64,000 nt of DNA from an uncultured Bacteriovoracaceae bacterium (GTDB taxonomy: Bacteria > Desulfobacterota > Desulfomonilia > UBA1062). The notes beneath the pieces were generated by a model that saw only the letters and a list, made by a program, of their open reading frames with translations, was not told the DNA's origin and searched no databases. The first letter of the stretch is position 1; each line of letters opens with the position of its first letter. Of this stretch, positions 62,017-64,000 are shown in pieces. The position numbers and the translations under genes are program-made. The stretch lies in contig CAYNVT010000001.1 in assembly GCA_964400685.1 (NCBI GenBank), positions 41,845 to 105,844 of the forward strand. The letters are read 5' to 3'.

Positions 62017-62189
62017 ATTTTTTTGCTTTGTTACCTGGTTTATAATTTATAATAAATTAATTATCGATTCTTTTTAAGAAATTTGTAGTTGCGATTTCCA
62101 GTTTTCAATGGTTAGATGAAAGCAGATTGATTCCATTTAAATTGCGATCAGTTAATTTGATTAATTGTATATTCAACAGGGAGGATGTT

Positions 62190-62396
62190 ATGGATTGGCT
62201 GCTGACTGTTGAACTGGAAGAGTCAATAGTGGAGAAAATTGACAGGACTGCAAAAAGATTGGGAAAAACGAGAATAGAGATAGCGAATGTGATAGTGGGT
62301 CATATCCTTGAAAATCTCATGGCTGAAAAACAGAATAAAGAATATGACATGAAGATGAATCTGTTTGATGCATTAAAAAAGAATAATCCAAAATAG
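62190..62396 (+). CDS. ribbon-helix-helix (RHH; CopG/Arc-like) DNA-binding protein, orphan
   Basis: I prefer the start MDWLLTVELEESIVEKIDRTAKRLGKTRIEIANVIVGHILENL (beta strand, helix, helix), with GGGAGGA 6 nt upstream of the ATG at 62190. The ORF-track start at 62127 lacks an RBS. Confidence 0.5.
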   Translation: MDWLLTVELEESIVEKIDRTAKRLGKTRIEIANVIVGHILENLMAEKQNKEYDMKMNLFDALKKNNPK

Positions 62397-62611
62397 TCAG
62401 GATTAGTTTCTCTGATGTCCCTACATTGGAATAATAATTCGAAACTGCACATTCCTCTGAACGAGCTCTTTAGACTCTCTGAAATATCTCAAATAATCTG
62501 CCTGATAAAAGATTAACAAGAAATTTATATTATGGCATGATTAATTTCAAGCAAACGGAAGATCATGGTATATTTAAAAAAGTATGCCAATTAATAAATA
62601 TGGAGGATTAA

Positions 62612-64000
62612 ATGGAATCCAGCAAAGGCAAGACAAATAATACAGAAGAAAGATTTGAAGAAAAAGAAATTGACTTCATGAAGATTTTTCTCATGATCAA
62701 AAGGCATAAATGGCTAATTATATCAATTATTGGTGCGTGTATTTTAATTGGGTGTGTTTTAATTTTAATAAGTGCGCACAGTGTATCCGAGTGCAAGGTT
62801 GCCTTGACCTTTTCCGGTATCGACAAGCATGAGTATCCGAACGGCAAAAAATTTGAGATGAGTGATCTGATACCATCAGATGCAGCCATTAAGGCGGCCA
62901 ATGTTATTCAGAACCCCAAGAAGAGGAAAATTTTCGAAAAAAATCCCAAATCATTTCTTTTTGTGGACCCTTTCATTCCGGTTGAGGTTCAGGAAAAGAT
63001 AATCGAGATAAAAAAAGTCAAAAAGGAAACTATGCATTACCTGCCTAATCAGTACTATATCAGATTCGTTCAGAAACTTGGCGGCCCCATCAGCGGAAGA
63101 GAGAGAAAGCAGATACTCTATAGTCTTGTGCAATCTTACGAACAGGGATTCTATGAAGATTTTGTGGGCAGACAGCTTCTGACAATCGAATTGCCTCAGA
63201 GTCTCATAAAAAACAGTGATTATATCGATTCATTCGAAGTGCTTAACAACACTGCTGATAACTACAATAAATTCCTGGAAAAAAGGAAAGAGGATGCCGG
63301 ATACTTTCAATCGACAAAGACAGGAAAATCATTTGTTGACCTTCAAACAGAGTTGAAAAATCTTATGGAAATCGAATTGGTCGGAGTTGATTCTTTGATA
63401 TACTATTATCATCTGTCAAAGTATAAAGATTTCCTTTTGACAAGAACACAGTACAAGATCAAACGGATGGAACAGGCCAGAGAGAAAAAGATGCTGGAAA
63501 CCGAGATGGTGAATAACCTTCTCAAGCAGGTCCTGGAAAAGGATAAAAGTGGCACAAATACCACAATGCCTATAGGAACACCTAACACGCAAATCGTTGT
63601 TGATGCAGATACGATAGAAAAGCTGAACCAGAAAGAGTATTTGAATCTGCTTATTAAGAGATCTCTCGAATCAGGGGTTGAGTCTCAGAACCTGGGGGTC
63701 GATAAAAAATACCTGCAGGAATATATCGAGCTCCTGCAGAAATCACAGGTAAAAGAAACTGATGTAGCCTCGGCGAAGAAATTTGTCGAGAGCAGGCTTG
63801 AAGCTATAAGGCTTGAATTAATCCGTATTGCAAAGGGAGCAAATGAACTGAATCAGGAATTCATGAGTACAAAGTATTCGAAAGTGATTATGATAACCGA
63901 GGAACCTCATAACCTGAAATCATATGACAGGAGTCCACTTGTGGTTATGGTAGTCTCTATCTTTGCAGGAATTGTTATATCATTTGTCCTGGCATATATC
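62612..64000 (+). CDS. Wzz/GumC-like polysaccharide co-polymerase (PCP; chain-length determinant), 3' end beyond the window
   Basis: Not in the ORF track because there is no stop in the window. The frame from the ATG at 62612 is open for 463 codons. GGAGGA RBS, an N-terminal TM segment (LIISIIGACILIGCVLILI), a long charged coiled-coil periplasmic region, and a second TM at the window end (VVMVVSIFAGIVISFVLAYI). Confidence 0.55.
   Translation, partial: MESSKGKTNNTEERFEEKEIDFMKIFLMIKRHKWLIISIIGACILIGCVLILISAHSVSECKVALTFSGIDKHEYPNGKKFEMSDLIPSDAAIKAANVIQNPKKRKIFEKNPKSFLFVDPFIPVEVQEKIIEIKKVKKETMHYLPNQYYIRFVQKLGGPISGRERKQILYSLVQSYEQGFYEDFVGRQLLTIELPQSLIKNSDYIDSFEVLNNTADNYNKFLEKRKEDAGYFQSTKTGKSFVDLQTELKNLMEIELVGVDSLIYYYHLSKYKDFLLTRTQYKIKRMEQAREKKMLETEMVNNLLKQVLEKDKSGTNTTMPIGTPNTQIVVDADTIEKLNQKEYLNLLIKRSLESGVESQNLGVDKKYLQEYIELLQKSQVKETDVASAKKFVESRLEAIRLELIRIAKGANELNQEFMSTKYSKVIMITEEPHNLKSYDRSPLVVMVVSIFAGIVISFVLAYI

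Overview
This is a 64 kb chromosomal segment from an anaerobic bacterium (inferred from the periplasmic [NiFe] hydrogenase, selenocysteine formate dehydrogenase and PEP-CTERM protein, which suggest a deltaproteobacterium-like or similar lineage; this is an inference). It is gene-dense on both strands with no rRNA, tRNA, CRISPR array, transposase or integrase that I can recognise.

Features in order:
- dnaE C-terminus (partial), accA and a prepilin peptidase (pilD).
- An AT-rich ~550 bp tract with a 34-codon upstream ORF, followed by a 629-aa secreted hypothetical protein.
- A minus-strand operon of a MrfB(YprB)-like DEDDh exonuclease, a six-hairpin glycosidase-like protein and an unknown 297-aa protein.
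- An MgtC/DUF4010-family membrane protein, then a divergent MrfA(YprA)-like DExH helicase with a DUF1998 zinc domain.
- Glycerate kinase (MOFRL family), maf, glpK and a solitary mlaE-like permease.
- An alpha/beta hydrolase and a PEP-CTERM protein.
- A complete [NiFe] hydrogenase locus: hypE, hypF, hypB, hypD, hypC, hypA, the maturation protease, cytochrome b, and the large and small subunits.
- A selenocysteine formate dehydrogenase: fdnG with an in-frame UGA, fdnH, fdnI, and a divergent fdhE.
- A metallo-beta-lactamase (MBL)-fold hydrolase, fbp and a class II aldolase.
- A carbohydrate catabolic locus: class V aminotransferase, GPH symporter, FAD oxidoreductase, a GntR regulator, then GH31 glycosidase translationally coupled to an IlvD/EDD dehydratase.
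- rpoZ-dnaJ, an lpxL-like acyltransferase and a tandem Kdo-kinase-like protein.
- An FmdB zinc ribbon protein, then dnaK, grpE and hrcA with a CIRCE operator.
- argS, a SPOR-domain protein and an acyl-CoA synthetase.
- A surface-polysaccharide locus: DegT aminotransferase, a WbpB-WbpD fusion, a small ribbon-helix-helix (RHH) protein and a partial Wzz-like polysaccharide co-polymerase (PCP).

Observations most worth a second look:
- The MrfB-like exonuclease is embedded in an unusual three-gene operon, with a split, divergent arrangement relative to the MrfA-like helicase.
- The AT-rich upstream-ORF-plus-secreted-protein island.
- Twin perfect palindromes in the fdnG/fdhE control region.
- The GH31-dehydratase glycoside catabolic locus with its promoter-embedded operator.
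- A 24-bp inverted repeat bracketing the intergenic region inside the sugar-nucleotide operon.
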